64,000 nt of DNA from Dehalococcoidia bacterium (GCA_965197415.1 OZ240207.1:853853-917852); one strand, 5' to 3'; numbered from the stretch's first letter, positions 1 through 9,820 are shown. Numbers and translations are program-made. The notes: generated from the letters alone by a model not told the origin.

Positions 1-88
1 GCTTGAAATAGAACCCCCGGGCGTACTTACTGGTGGCTTTGACCCATTCGTGGGCTCGATCGTCTAGGAGGACTTCTTTAACTGGCAT
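1..88 (-). CDS. hypothetical protein, 5' end only (runs off left edge)
   Basis: ATG at 88-86 on minus strand, AAGGAG Shine-Dalgarno (complement of 94-99) 5 nt upstream. Reads MPVKEVLLDDRAHEWVKATSKYARGFYFK with no stop to the edge. No family recognised; not an ABC ATPase N-terminus. Confidence 0.35.
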   Translation of the reverse strand, partial: MPVKEVLLDDRAHEWVKATSKYARGFYFK

Positions 89-123
89 GACCGCTCCTTT
101 CCCAGGCCTATTGACTAAGGCGT

Positions 124-1068
124 CTACTGGCTCCCGCGCATCCTTGGGTCAAGCACATCCCGCAGGGCGTCGCCAAGCATGTTCCAGGACAGCACTACAA
201 TTGATATCGTAAGCCCTGGCACCACGCCAAGCCAAGGGTTTTCCCGCATGTCTGAGTAGGTGACTTTGTTCAACATGCCCCCCCAAGAGGGTTCGGTTAT
301 AGGAATGCCCACGCCAAGAAAGCTCAGTGACGCTTCCGCTATTATAGCCGCCGCCATGTAAAAGGTCACCAACACTATGAACACCGCCATGGTGTTGGGG
401 ACCATGTGCAGCAGGATAATCCGGACGTCCCGCGCCCCGATGGACCTGGCCGCCAGGATGTAGTCCTGCTCCCGGAGCGCAAGAGCCTGTGAGCGTATCA
501 CCCGCGCGGTGGCCGGTACGAACAACACCGTCAAAGCAATAATCACGTTCTGAATGGACCCGCCCAACGCCGTCATGATGGCGATGGCCAGAATAATGGC
601 AGGAAAAGCCATTAAGCCGTCTATCAAACGTTGGACGAACAGATCGAAAGCCCCACCGAAATAGGCGCTGGTGACTCCAATTAAAAGACCTATCGAGCAC
701 CCTATCAACGAACTGAACAAGCCGACTATCAAAGACACTTTCGCGCCGTGGACCAAGCGGCTGTATATGTCCCGCCCCAGCCAGTCGGTTCCAAGAAGAT
801 GGTCGGCGCTTGGTTTGGCTCGCAGGTTGTCTGAGTCTGTGGAATGGACGCCGTGGGTGTCTATGGTGGACGCCAGCAGAGCCACGATGACCAGCACGAC
901 GGCCACTCCCGCTCCCACAGCGCCCATAGGCTTCTTTAGCAGGAAGTTGATAAGTTGAACGTAACGAGAGCGCTTCGGACGAAGCCCGGCCAAGACGGAC
1001 TGGTCGACGCCGGTAATTGCGTCTTGTTGCGCCATCTCTAGGAGTACCTGATCCTGGGATTCAGCCAT
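124..1068 (-). CDS. ABC transporter permease, peptide/nickel type (DppC/OppC-like)
   Basis: 314 aa, multiple TM helices, BPD-transport EAA-like region (SIGARDVRIILLHMVPN..) typical of DppC/OppC. Alternative start at 1035 (MAQQDA) would sit just after the upstream stop. Confidence 0.85.
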   Translation of the reverse strand: MAESQDQVLLEMAQQDAITGVDQSVLAGLRPKRSRYVQLINFLLKKPMGAVGAGVAVVLVIVALLASTIDTHGVHSTDSDNLRAKPSADHLLGTDWLGRDIYSRLVHGAKVSLIVGLFSSLIGCSIGLLIGVTSAYFGGAFDLFVQRLIDGLMAFPAIILAIAIMTALGGSIQNVIIALTVLFVPATARVIRSQALALREQDYILAARSIGARDVRIILLHMVPNTMAVFIVLVTFYMAAAIIAEASLSFLGVGIPITEPSWGGMLNKVTYSDMRENPWLGVVPGLTISIVVLSWNMLGDALRDVLDPRMRGSQ

Positions 1069-2009
1069 GAGTATGCGAGGTCCATAACAAGATTCAACAC
1101 CAGCACGATCAGGGTGACTATGATCACCACCGACTGTATCACCGGGAAGTCCTGCTTCTCGAAACCTGAGATCACGTACAGGCCGATGCCCGGGACCAAG
1201 AATATGCTCTCAATTATAACGGTGCCTCCTATAAGCCGCCCGAATTCATAGCCGGTCACCGTAACGACCGGGAGCAAGGCGTTGCGAAGAGTGTGTCGGT
1301 TTATCACTACCCGCTCCGAAAGCCCTTTGGCCCTGGCCGTGCGTATGTAATCTTCCCTCAGCACTTCGAGCATAGCCGAGCGGGTTATGCGGGCCAGGAA
1401 CGCCATGTGGGAGAGAGCGAGCACCAGGGAAGGAAACACCATTTGTTTCAGGTTCTCTATCTGGTCGTCTTGAAAGTCCCTGTACCTCAGAGGCGGATTC
1501 CAGTCGAAGACCGAGGCAAGGAACAAGAGCATCAGAAGCGCCACCCAGAAGTTGGGCAGCGCTATGCCCACCGTTGTCACCAACCGACCAACGTAGTCCA
1601 TCGGAGTGTCCTGCTTGACCGCGGAGAACACCCCCAATGGAACGGCCACGAAGGCGGCCATGAACAAAGATATGATCACCAGCTCCAGGGTGACCGGAAA
1701 GCGGTTCTTGATTTCGTCTATGACGGGTTGCTTGGTGTTGAAAGAGTCTCCGAAGTCCAGCCGCACGGAGTCCCACAGGAAGATTCCCCATTGGTGGGGG
1801 AACAGAGGCTTGTCCGTCCCCAACTCCGCTCTCTTCTTGGCCAACGCTTCCTCGGTGACGGCAGCCCCGTCACCGAAGTCTGAGCCTGTTTCAAGAAGCT
1901 GAAGGGCCGGGTCGCCGGGCAGAAGCCTGATTATGACAAATGCAATGGTGCCGACCAGCGCCAGAGTCGGCACAAAGAGAAGCAACCTCTTCAGGATATA
2001 TGCCTGCAT
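1038..2009 (-). CDS. ABC transporter permease, peptide/nickel type (DppB/OppB-like)
   Basis: 323 aa. N-terminus MQAYILKRLLLFVPTLALV and YIRTARAKGLSERVVINRHTLRNALLPVVT motif are characteristic of DppB/OppB permeases. Confidence 0.85.
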   Translation of the reverse strand: MQAYILKRLLLFVPTLALVGTIAFVIIRLLPGDPALQLLETGSDFGDGAAVTEEALAKKRAELGTDKPLFPHQWGIFLWDSVRLDFGDSFNTKQPVIDEIKNRFPVTLELVIISLFMAAFVAVPLGVFSAVKQDTPMDYVGRLVTTVGIALPNFWVALLMLLFLASVFDWNPPLRYRDFQDDQIENLKQMVFPSLVLALSHMAFLARITRSAMLEVLREDYIRTARAKGLSERVVINRHTLRNALLPVVTVTGYEFGRLIGGTVIIESIFLVPGIGLYVISGFEKQDFPVIQSVVIIVTLIVLVLNLVMDLAYSWLNPRIRYS

Positions 2010-2158
2010 TGTCCTATCCGCTAACCCCTACGGGTGGCTCCCAAGTTTCTCTCCTTAGGACGGTTCAGTAACTCCCATCTAATATAAGGACAGGCCCAAA
2101 GCATTTTACTTCAGGCCTGCCCCCAGCTTCAGCTCCCGATTGACAGCTCTCTATTTGT

Positions 2159-4255
2159 CTATGGGCAGTCGGGGTTGCACCAGATAGCCTCGTGGGTGTT
2201 GCCGCCGGTCACCACCGGGGGCGGGTAGAACCCCTTAATCTTATTGCTCACCGGCCACGCCTGGGTGACGTAGAGCATGGGAATGATGTACGGGTCCTCG
2301 ATTTGCAAGTTGTGGACCTCTTGCATCAACTCCCGCACCATGGGGTCGTCCTGGTCCGATGCCAGGAGCATCGTGGCGTATATCTCCTTCAACCGCAGGA
2401 AAAGGCCGTGCTGAGGGTTGTCCGGGTCCGTCACTCCGGTCCAACCTGCGTTGCGCGCACCCGTTTGGGACCTGATAGCCTGGCTTGGGTGCGGGAATGA
2501 GAACCCTGTTGCCTGGATGTTGAACTGATAGTCACCGGCCGTGTACTTCTCCCGGGCCACCGCTCCACGAACGGCATCGATGTTGATTGTCCATCCGAAG
2601 TCTTCCAGGAACTGCCCCTTGATCACGGTTCCCACGTCGCAGTAGGCGAGGGAGGTCGAACAAGTCAGCGTAACCTTGGTGCCTTCTCCGTAGCCCGCCG
2701 CTTCGAACAGGGCTTTGGCGGCCGCAATGTCGTCAGGGTGCTTGACTCCGGCCGAACTCTCCCTGAATCCGGGGAACTGGTCCGATTCCGCCCTGGTGTA
2801 GCTCCACGGGAAACCGTCGGGCAGGGGCGTTCCCATGCCCCCGCGGTCGGCAGTCACACTCTTAAGATACGGCTGCCGGTGTATTCCCAGCTGCATGCCC
2901 TTGCGCACTCTGGGGTCGTTGAAGGGAGCCACCCTGGTGTTGAAGTGAATGGAATATGCGTATAGGGGACCCTGCCAGTGCAGGTTGATCTTCCCGAAGG
3001 TGGTCTTTTCCAACTGCAGCAGAGCCGCTGCGTTCAGGCTGGCCTGGAAGGAGTTGGACATGAGCACCTGCTCCGTCTCGAAGGCGGCGGAGGCCCTGCC
3101 GGAAGCCGACGTGATTATGAAATGCTCGATGCCGTCCAGGTAGGGCAGGCCGCTCTTGAAGTAGTCGGGGTTCCGTTCCAGAACAGTGGACACGTCAGTG
3201 GTGTATTCGACGAATCTGTACGGGCCCGAACCTATCACAGAGTCTTTGTCCGTCGGGTTGGCAGGAAGCACTCCCCGCTCGAACAGATGCTTGGGCAGTA
3301 TCATCAACTCCTGGTTGAGCATGTCGTTAAGAAATACGCCGGAAGGCGGGTCGTTGAGAGACACCGAGAAGGTGTTATCGTCAATCATCGTAGGCGGGCC
3401 CGACAAGTGAGACTGCACACCTTCAAGGGCAGACTGGCCCACGCCCGCTATTTCATCGGGGACATCGGCGAAAGCGGGGTTCAAGGCTTCCAACGCCCCT
3501 TTGGGGTCCAGCCAGATGTTGAAGCTGTTCACAAGGTCGTCCGCTCCAACGTCTTCGCCGTCGTGCCACTTGGCGTCAGGGTTGACGGTGAAGGTATAGG
3601 TGATTCCGTCGTCGGACACGCTCCAGTCAGAGCAGAGATCGCACTTCCAGTCCAGCTTCTCCGGAGTGGCGTGGTCCCAATCGATGGTCATGTTGAAGAC
3701 AGGCTTCAAGTGCACCTGGCTCTTATAAGACACTCCACCCCAGATGAAATGGGGGTTGGGGGAGTCGTAGGCCAGCATGGGCACTACGCCGCCGAAGGGG
3801 GAGACTCCTCCGAACATCGCCGGCAGCGGAGTCGCCGTTGGAGGAATCTGCGCCACAGCCGAAGCGACGGCATCCTTCACTCCCTGGTCAACGGCGGCTT
3901 TGATTGCCGCTTCCATCTGGTCGGCTGTCAGCCCCTCGGGAATCTCGGATATGGCCTGGGAGACTATGGCCTGCACGTCAGCGGGACTGATCCCCTCGGG
4001 AATATCGGAAATCGCCTCGGACACAATGGCCTGTACATCCTCCGCCGACAATCCCTCAGGAATTTCAATTCCTGCGATCACTTGTTGACCAAACTGTTCC
4101 GCCAGCGCCGTGAAGTCTAAGGGTGTAGCTGTAGGAAGCGGTGTAGGTGGCGCTTGGGTCTCCTCGCCTCCACCGCAAGCCGCAGCTATGACAAACACCA
4201 ACGCCAAGGGGCCAGCCAGCCACAAGGTACGATTCTTAAACCAGGTTTTCAGCAT
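2159..4255 (-). CDS. ABC transporter substrate-binding lipoprotein, family 5 (peptide/nickel)
   Basis: Start chosen at MLKTWFKNRTLWLAGPLALVFVIAAACGG (signal + lipobox, GGGAGGG SD upstream); the ORF track extends to 4357. SBP_bac_5-like core (DGITYTFTVNPDAKWHDGEDV..). Long N-terminal linker with three 20-aa repeats. Confidence 0.85.
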   Translation of the reverse strand: MLKTWFKNRTLWLAGPLALVFVIAAACGGGEETQAPPTPLPTATPLDFTALAEQFGQQVIAGIEIPEGLSAEDVQAIVSEAISDIPEGISPADVQAIVSQAISEIPEGLTADQMEAAIKAAVDQGVKDAVASAVAQIPPTATPLPAMFGGVSPFGGVVPMLAYDSPNPHFIWGGVSYKSQVHLKPVFNMTIDWDHATPEKLDWKCDLCSDWSVSDDGITYTFTVNPDAKWHDGEDVGADDLVNSFNIWLDPKGALEALNPAFADVPDEIAGVGQSALEGVQSHLSGPPTMIDDNTFSVSLNDPPSGVFLNDMLNQELMILPKHLFERGVLPANPTDKDSVIGSGPYRFVEYTTDVSTVLERNPDYFKSGLPYLDGIEHFIITSASGRASAAFETEQVLMSNSFQASLNAAALLQLEKTTFGKINLHWQGPLYAYSIHFNTRVAPFNDPRVRKGMQLGIHRQPYLKSVTADRGGMGTPLPDGFPWSYTRAESDQFPGFRESSAGVKHPDDIAAAKALFEAAGYGEGTKVTLTCSTSLAYCDVGTVIKGQFLEDFGWTINIDAVRGAVAREKYTAGDYQFNIQATGFSFPHPSQAIRSQTGARNAGWTGVTDPDNPQHGLFLRLKEIYATMLLASDQDDPMVRELMQEVHNLQIEDPYIIPMLYVTQAWPVSNKIKGFYPPPVVTGGNTHEAIWCNPDCP
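3884..4063 (-). repeat. 3 x 60-bp in-frame tandem repeat inside the SBP gene
   Basis: cccctcgggaat recurs at 3932/3992 and ccctcaggaat at 4053, exactly 60 bp apart. Encodes IPEGLSAEDVQAIVSEAISD / IPEGISPADVQAIVSQAISE / IPEGLTADQMEAAIKAAVDQ. Confidence 0.8.
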
Positions 4256-4426
4256 GTTTCCCTCCCTTTTGTTTCCACGCCGCTGATGGGTATTACGTTT
4301 CACGCTCCAATGGGAGCGGTCACTCCTGCCTTCGAAGCCTGGGCCATCCGCTTCCATCTGAAATTCTGGAGAACACTATCAGACGTATAATGAGCCTGTC
4401 AACCGTCAATTCTCTCGGCCGCTCGC

Positions 4427-6736
4427 TTACTGCTCGCCGTCCCAGAGCGTGTCCAGAATGGCCCCCGGAGACATGGGCAGCTTCTCCATCCTGACTCCAA
4501 CGGCCCTGTATATGGCGTTGGCTAACGCCGCCATCGGAGGGACCAGGGGGACTTCCCCAACCCCTCTGGCGCCGTAGGGGTGTCCTGGGTTGGCCACTTC
4601 CACTATCACTGTGTCTATCATAGGCAAGTCCAGGCTGATGGGCATCCTGTAGTCGAGGAAGCTGGAATTCATAAGCTTCCCATCGTCGGAGAAGAAGTAC
4701 TCCTCGTTGAGCGCCCATCCGATGCCCTGTACTGCGCCGCCCTGCATCTGCCCTTCCACGTAGCTGGGATGGATAGCCTTTCCAGCATCTTGCAGGGCCG
4801 TGTACCTGAGAATCTCCACCTTGCCCGTCTCCGGGTCCACTTCCACGTCGGCTATGTGAATAGCGAAGGACGCCCCTGAGCCGGAGGGAGTAAAGTTGGA
4901 GCGGCCCACCACAGGCCCGCCTGTGCCGTTCAGCTTGGAGGCTATCTGCCCAAACGTCAGCTTGAGTTCCGGGTCCGACTTGTGGGCGAGGACTCCGCGG
5001 GAGTAGTCCACGTCATCAGGGCTGACATCCCATATCCTGGCGGCCCTCTCAATGAGCTGCCGTTTTACGTCCTGCGCCGCCTCGTAAGCTGTCCATCCTG
5101 TCTTAAACAGGGTGCTGCTCCCTCCGGTGACCCACGTGTAGCCAATGGAATCGGTGTCAGCCACCGACGGGTTCACGTCCTCAACGGGGATGCCCAACAC
5201 TTCCGCTACGTGCATGGCGATGGCGGCGCGGGAGCCTCCGATGTCCGGCGACCCCTCGACCAGGCTGACGGTGCCGTCAGCGTTGACGTTCACCACGGAG
5301 CTTGAAGCCCCGCTAGAGTTGGTCCAGAATCCCGCAGCCACTCCCCGCCCGCGATTGGGGCCTTCCAAGGGCGCGTTGTAGTGCTCGTGGGCCTTCGCGG
5401 CCTCGGCTGTCTCAATGAAGCCTATCTTCCCGAAGGGAAGCCCAGTGACCAGCCGTGTCCCTTCCTTTGAGCCGTTCTTTATACGCATTTCCAGCGGGTC
5501 GATGCCCAGCTTCTCCGCCAATTCATCTATCAGAGTCTCGGCAGCGAAGGCGCTGTTTGGCGCTCCCGGCGCCCTGTAGGCCGCGGTCTTAGGCTGGTTC
5601 AGGACCACATCGTGGCCTTCAATTCTCACATTTTCCAGGTTGTACGGGGCGAACATGCAAAGGCAGCCCGGAGCCACAGGCGAGCCCGGGAAAGCACCTG
5701 CCTCCAAGGCCAGGAACGCATCGGCGGCGGTTATTGTTCCATCCTTGCGTGCGCCTATCTTCGCCTTCAAGTAGCCCCCGCTGGTTGGACCGGTGGCCTC
5801 GAACTCTTCTATCCGGCTCATGGTGATTTTCACTGGATGTCCGGACTTCTTGGAGAGCATCGCAGCCACGGGTTCCAGGTATACGGTCACCTTGCCTCCG
5901 AAGCCGCCCCCGATTTCCATGGGAATAACCTTAATCTTTGAAACCGGCAGGCCCAACACCTGGGACGTCTGGTCCCTTACGTTGAACTGGCCCTGGCTGC
6001 TGCACCAGACGGTGATTTTGCCGTCCGCTCCCCAGTGGGCCGTCGCGGTGTGGGGTTCGATGTACCCCTGGTGGACCGGCCTGGTGCGGAACTCCCGCTC
6101 CACGACCACGTCGGCTTCTTTGAAACCCTTCTCCAGGTCCCCATTCTGGAAAATGTGGGTGCCGGCGACGTTGGTGTCCTGTCCAGGCTCCCCTTCGGCC
6201 CTGAGACTCCCTCCCCGCATGGGAGGGTTGCCCACGTTTTCGAGCCCTTCATGGAGAATGGGCGCGTCTTCTTTCATGGCCTCAAGAACGTCGAAGACGG
6301 GTTCCAAGACCTCGTAGTCGACTTCAATAAGAGACAGCGCCTCCTCGGCAATATGGGCGCTGGTGGCAGCCACCGCTGCTACTGCGTGCCCTTTGTATAG
6401 GGCCTTGGCGTCGGCGATGCAGTTGTTGCTGAGGAACTTGAAGTTCTCCAAATTGCCCCGGACCTGGTCCGACCCTTTGCCGGAGAGCTTGGGAAAGTCA
6501 GCTCCTGTAACCACGGCCCGGACCCCGGGCAAGGCCTCGGCTTTGCTGGTGTCTATGCCTTTGATTCTGGCATGGGCGTGGGGGCTGCGGAGAATCTTGG
6601 CGTACAGCATATCGGGAAGGATGATGTCGGCCCCGTACTGGGCCCTCCCCGTTACTTTGTCGGCGCCGTCGTGGCGCACCGGCCTTGTCCCTATTACGTC
6701 GTATTCCTGTGTGGAAAGCACTACGTTGGATGCCAT
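4427..6736 (-). CDS. xanthine dehydrogenase/aldehyde oxidase family molybdopterin-binding large subunit
   Basis: About 770 aa. N-terminal a/b-hammerhead pattern (RHDGADKVTGRAQYGADI), AYRAPGAP motif, C-terminal GVGEVPLVPPMAALANAI. Start set at MASNVV (6736) with GAGG SD; the ORF track starts at 6754. Confidence 0.85.
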   Translation of the reverse strand: MASNVVLSTQEYDVIGTRPVRHDGADKVTGRAQYGADIILPDMLYAKILRSPHAHARIKGIDTSKAEALPGVRAVVTGADFPKLSGKGSDQVRGNLENFKFLSNNCIADAKALYKGHAVAAVAATSAHIAEEALSLIEVDYEVLEPVFDVLEAMKEDAPILHEGLENVGNPPMRGGSLRAEGEPGQDTNVAGTHIFQNGDLEKGFKEADVVVEREFRTRPVHQGYIEPHTATAHWGADGKITVWCSSQGQFNVRDQTSQVLGLPVSKIKVIPMEIGGGFGGKVTVYLEPVAAMLSKKSGHPVKITMSRIEEFEATGPTSGGYLKAKIGARKDGTITAADAFLALEAGAFPGSPVAPGCLCMFAPYNLENVRIEGHDVVLNQPKTAAYRAPGAPNSAFAAETLIDELAEKLGIDPLEMRIKNGSKEGTRLVTGLPFGKIGFIETAEAAKAHEHYNAPLEGPNRGRGVAAGFWTNSSGASSSVVNVNADGTVSLVEGSPDIGGSRAAIAMHVAEVLGIPVEDVNPSVADTDSIGYTWVTGGSSTLFKTGWTAYEAAQDVKRQLIERAARIWDVSPDDVDYSRGVLAHKSDPELKLTFGQIASKLNGTGGPVVGRSNFTPSGSGASFAIHIADVEVDPETGKVEILRYTALQDAGKAIHPSYVEGQMQGGAVQGIGWALNEEYFFSDDGKLMNSSFLDYRMPISLDLPMIDTVIVEVANPGHPYGARGVGEVPLVPPMAALANAIYRAVGVRMEKLPMSPGAILDTLWDGEQ

Positions 6737-6787
6737 TCCTCGACCCCCTGACAAGATTTCAGACCCAAGCTCGCGCCCTTTGTTGTC

Positions 6788-7894
6788 CTAGAGGTTGAAC
6801 TGGGGGTCCGCCCAGCCCTTTTCCTTCCGATACACCTGGAACCGGCTCGTCCTCGTCTCGCATATAATAATGCGGCCTTCCTGGTCAACGTTGACGGCCG
6901 AGGGTTTCCAGAGCTTCCATTCCACTGAGGGATCGGTGGCCCTTAGCCTGGCCTTCATGTGGTCCGGGCTTACGGACAGTCGGTCGTATACGACGTCGGC
7001 GAGTTCTTTCGCGTCCCCGTAGAACGAATGGAGGAACTCCCCTTCCGGGTCGTAAATGTTGAGCTTCTCGTTGCCCCAGTCGGTCACGTAGACGTCGCCG
7101 TCCTGGTCTATGGCTACGTCGGTGGGAAGTCGCAACTCTCCCTCTTCCTCGCCGGATGTTCCGAAGGACATCACATATTCTCCCTCGGAAGTGAACTTCT
7201 GGACGCGGTGGTTCTTCCAGTCGGCCACGTAGACAAATCCGTCCTTGTCAACAGTCAGTCCCCAGGGCATGTTGAACTCACCCTCTCCGCTGCCGGGGCC
7301 ACCCCACATCCGGATGAACTCCCCGTCCTTGGTGAACACCTGGACCCTGCTGTTGCGGCTGTCCACGATGTGAAGGTTGTCGTCTCCGTCGAAGGCCAGC
7401 CCTGACGGTCCGTTAAGCTGACCGGGAGAGGTCCCCCGCTCCGGGTCAATCATCCTCAAGTAGTGGTCGAAAGGCAGCCCGCCCACGGTGTTGGGTATTG
7501 GAATCAACTTGTGGTCCGGGTCTCCATCCATGGAGATGGAATGGTCCCAGTGACCCTTGTACTCCCCGTCTTTGTCGTATATGAAGATGTGGTTGGTGTA
7601 TTCGTCGGAGATATAGAGGTTTTCCTGGCTGTCAATGGCGATGGAACTGGGGCACGGACACCGTCCGTCCCCGAAATCGCTTCCCCTGTATTGCCACACG
7701 GTTGTGGAGTCAAGGTTCGCCTTCAGAAGACCCTGGCTGGGAGTGTACTCGATGCCCCTGCTTACGAGGTAGAGGGCTCCTCCCGGTCCTATCGCAAAGT
7801 CCACCGGGCGCAATACACCCCGCCCTCCGTCAAACTGTGACCCGAAGGCGAAGGCGTAGTTATAGACCCTGCCCTGGACCGAGGCCGTCCGCAT
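6788..7894 (-). CDS. NHL-repeat six-bladed beta-propeller protein (copy 1), no signal peptide
   Basis: Repeated NHL-type blades (LYISDEYTNHIFIYDKDG, LHIVDSRNSRVQVFTKDG, VYVADWKNHRVQKFTSEG, VYVTDWGNEKLNIYDPEG). Paralog of 11537..12649. Confidence 0.75.
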   Translation of the reverse strand: MRTASVQGRVYNYAFAFGSQFDGGRGVLRPVDFAIGPGGALYLVSRGIEYTPSQGLLKANLDSTTVWQYRGSDFGDGRCPCPSSIAIDSQENLYISDEYTNHIFIYDKDGEYKGHWDHSISMDGDPDHKLIPIPNTVGGLPFDHYLRMIDPERGTSPGQLNGPSGLAFDGDDNLHIVDSRNSRVQVFTKDGEFIRMWGGPGSGEGEFNMPWGLTVDKDGFVYVADWKNHRVQKFTSEGEYVMSFGTSGEEEGELRLPTDVAIDQDGDVYVTDWGNEKLNIYDPEGEFLHSFYGDAKELADVVYDRLSVSPDHMKARLRATDPSVEWKLWKPSAVNVDQEGRIIICETRTSRFQVYRKEKGWADPQFNL

Positions 7895-7993
7895 TGTTTC
7901 CTCCCTGTGCTGTCGTTGCCCTAAACAAAGGCGGCTTACGACACGGTCAGCCGCCTCCTGAACGAATTGTGATAAGTTGCCCGCTCGGGTCTC

Positions 7994-9403
7994 CTACTCG
8001 AACTGGAACTCCCTCGATGAAACGATGAGCGCCAAAGTGCTGCCGATTTTCTCAGCGGATATCCTGGAGTCTTCATCAGTGCTCCAATTAAGCCCACCGT
8101 TTTGTTGAGCTAGAGTAACCAGCTCCTCGTGCGTCCTCTCCTGGACCTCGAAGGGGCCAATCAGGTCGAGGCAGGCGTCCACAAGCTCAGACGGGGACGT
8201 GATGCCGCGTTCCCTGATACGGCTGATTATGGAACGGACTCCAGGGTACTCCACGTTGCCGAAGGCGTCAGCACAGAAGTTGATTCTCCGGACCAGCGAC
8301 CCCGAATCAATCCACTCGTGACCGGTGTGCCACCCTTCCACAGAGGGCGGGTCAAGCAGGGCTTGCCCCATGTATTCCGACTCATTGGCGTAAAGCTCCA
8401 GACCGGGCCTGGGGTACTTGAAGTCGCCGACCATCCTCATTGTGCTCACAACCACCTCGGCCGGACTCTTGATCTTCTGGTGCATTGCCTCTTTGAAGAA
8501 GTCAGAGTTGAACAAAAACCGGAGGGTTTCGGCCATGCTGAAGTTGGAGTTGACGAAAGCGTCGCCTATCTGGTTGACGGCCACCGCGTCCCTGGGTGGA
8601 ACGTCCAGCCACGCCGGCACCGGCGCCTCGTCTGCTACGAAGAAGTTGTAGAGGTGCCTGGCCATGAACCGCGCCGTGGCAGGCTGACGGGCTATGATGT
8701 CGATGACATCCTCCCCATTGAAGCGGCCCCTGTGCCCCAGCATTTCCTTCTCGCCGCCGTCGTGGTCGTCTGCGTTGTAGAGGAACTTCCAGCGGTCATA
8801 GCGGCCAAAGGGCTGTCTGGGCATCTTGGGGGCTATGGTCCAGCCCGTGAAGGCCCTTGCGCATTCGAAAACGTCCTTTTCGGTGTAGTTGCCCTGGCCC
8901 ATGGAGAAGAGTTCCAGAAGTTCCCGACCCCAGTTTTCGTTGGGCTCGTCCTTGTGGTTGTAGTTGTTGTCCAACCAGAAGATCATGGCCGGGTCTTTGG
9001 CCAGCTCAATCAGCAGATCGCGGTAGCTGCCCAACCCGTAGTCGCGGAACATGTCCGTCTGGGCCACCAGTTCCGAGGGGTTGTCCACCTTGCCGTTGCC
9101 CGTCGGGAAGAGCATGTGCCAGAAAAGCACCATCTTCTCTTCCAACTGCCTCTCACTGGCCAGGAAGTGGTACAGCATCCAGTCGCTGCACCCCGGAGGC
9201 GCCCAGGGAGTCTCCAGGTCTGGATGGAACCTGATTATCAGGTCCTGGTCGACCTTGGGCACGTCGTACTTGTCCGGCTCCACCAACTCGTCCACAACTT
9301 GCTCGTATCCCTTTTCCACGAGCCTTTCCAGCTGGTCCCGGTGGGCGCCGAACCCGGCCCTTCTCATCAGGTGGGCCATCAACGCTATGTCTTGGTCAGC
9401 CAT
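7994..9403 (-). CDS. DUF1800 domain protein (copy 1), no signal peptide
   Basis: N-terminal MAHLMRRAGFG motif and the FWLDNNYNHKD..NENWGRELLELFSMG core are typical of DUF1800. Paralog of 12676..14076. Confidence 0.75.
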   Translation of the reverse strand: MADQDIALMAHLMRRAGFGAHRDQLERLVEKGYEQVVDELVEPDKYDVPKVDQDLIIRFHPDLETPWAPPGCSDWMLYHFLASERQLEEKMVLFWHMLFPTGNGKVDNPSELVAQTDMFRDYGLGSYRDLLIELAKDPAMIFWLDNNYNHKDEPNENWGRELLELFSMGQGNYTEKDVFECARAFTGWTIAPKMPRQPFGRYDRWKFLYNADDHDGGEKEMLGHRGRFNGEDVIDIIARQPATARFMARHLYNFFVADEAPVPAWLDVPPRDAVAVNQIGDAFVNSNFSMAETLRFLFNSDFFKEAMHQKIKSPAEVVVSTMRMVGDFKYPRPGLELYANESEYMGQALLDPPSVEGWHTGHEWIDSGSLVRRINFCADAFGNVEYPGVRSIISRIRERGITSPSELVDACLDLIGPFEVQERTHEELVTLAQQNGGLNWSTDEDSRISAEKIGSTLALIVSSREFQFE

Positions 9404-9473
9404 CCTCCGCCCTCCTACTCCAAGTGTGCGTAGCTTATTAGCGGGAATGTGGATTTTAAGCTAGATAGGTAGC

Positions 9474-9504
9474 ATTATACAGCAGGAAAATCGCTGGGCG
9501 TCAA
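9474..9504 (-). promoter_or_regulatory. putative sigma70-type promoter for DUF1800 copy 1
   Basis: Minus strand TTGACG (9504-9499), 19 nt spacer, TATAAT (9479-9474), about 70 nt upstream of the ATG at 9403. The spacer is longer than optimal. Confidence 0.3.
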
Positions 9505-9820
9505 TAGATAGGAGTAGGCGCACGGGCAGGGTCTCTCGATTGCCAAATGTGTTGCTCACTCCGTTCGCAGTGAGCCGGTCGAACCGCATTACGACACCCT
9601 CAGGCCGAACTGGAGAAGGAGAAGCCTAACATTATCGGAAAACCCTTGGGCGGGCCAAACGGTACTCAAACGTTACATAGAGTGTGGAGTCTCCCACACG
9701 CTGTGATGAAGATATGGGTACACGATCCGATAGGCACGAACATTATTGAGGGCCGATCTGGCGTCAAGGCGTGAGCAACTATTGCAGGGCTGTTCTGGCC
9801 CGCCGGTGCATCACTCTGAC

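Noticed and set aside
8129-9433. Long plus-strand ORFs antisense to annotated minus-strand genes (8129..9433, 2978..4120, 11765..12679, 13006..13818, 57898..58614, 60642..61622 and similar).
   Set aside because: Each lies entirely opposite a gene with clear family motifs. Their translations are Arg/Gly/Pro/Val/His-rich with no recognisable motifs, which is typical of shadow ORFs in GC-rich DNA.
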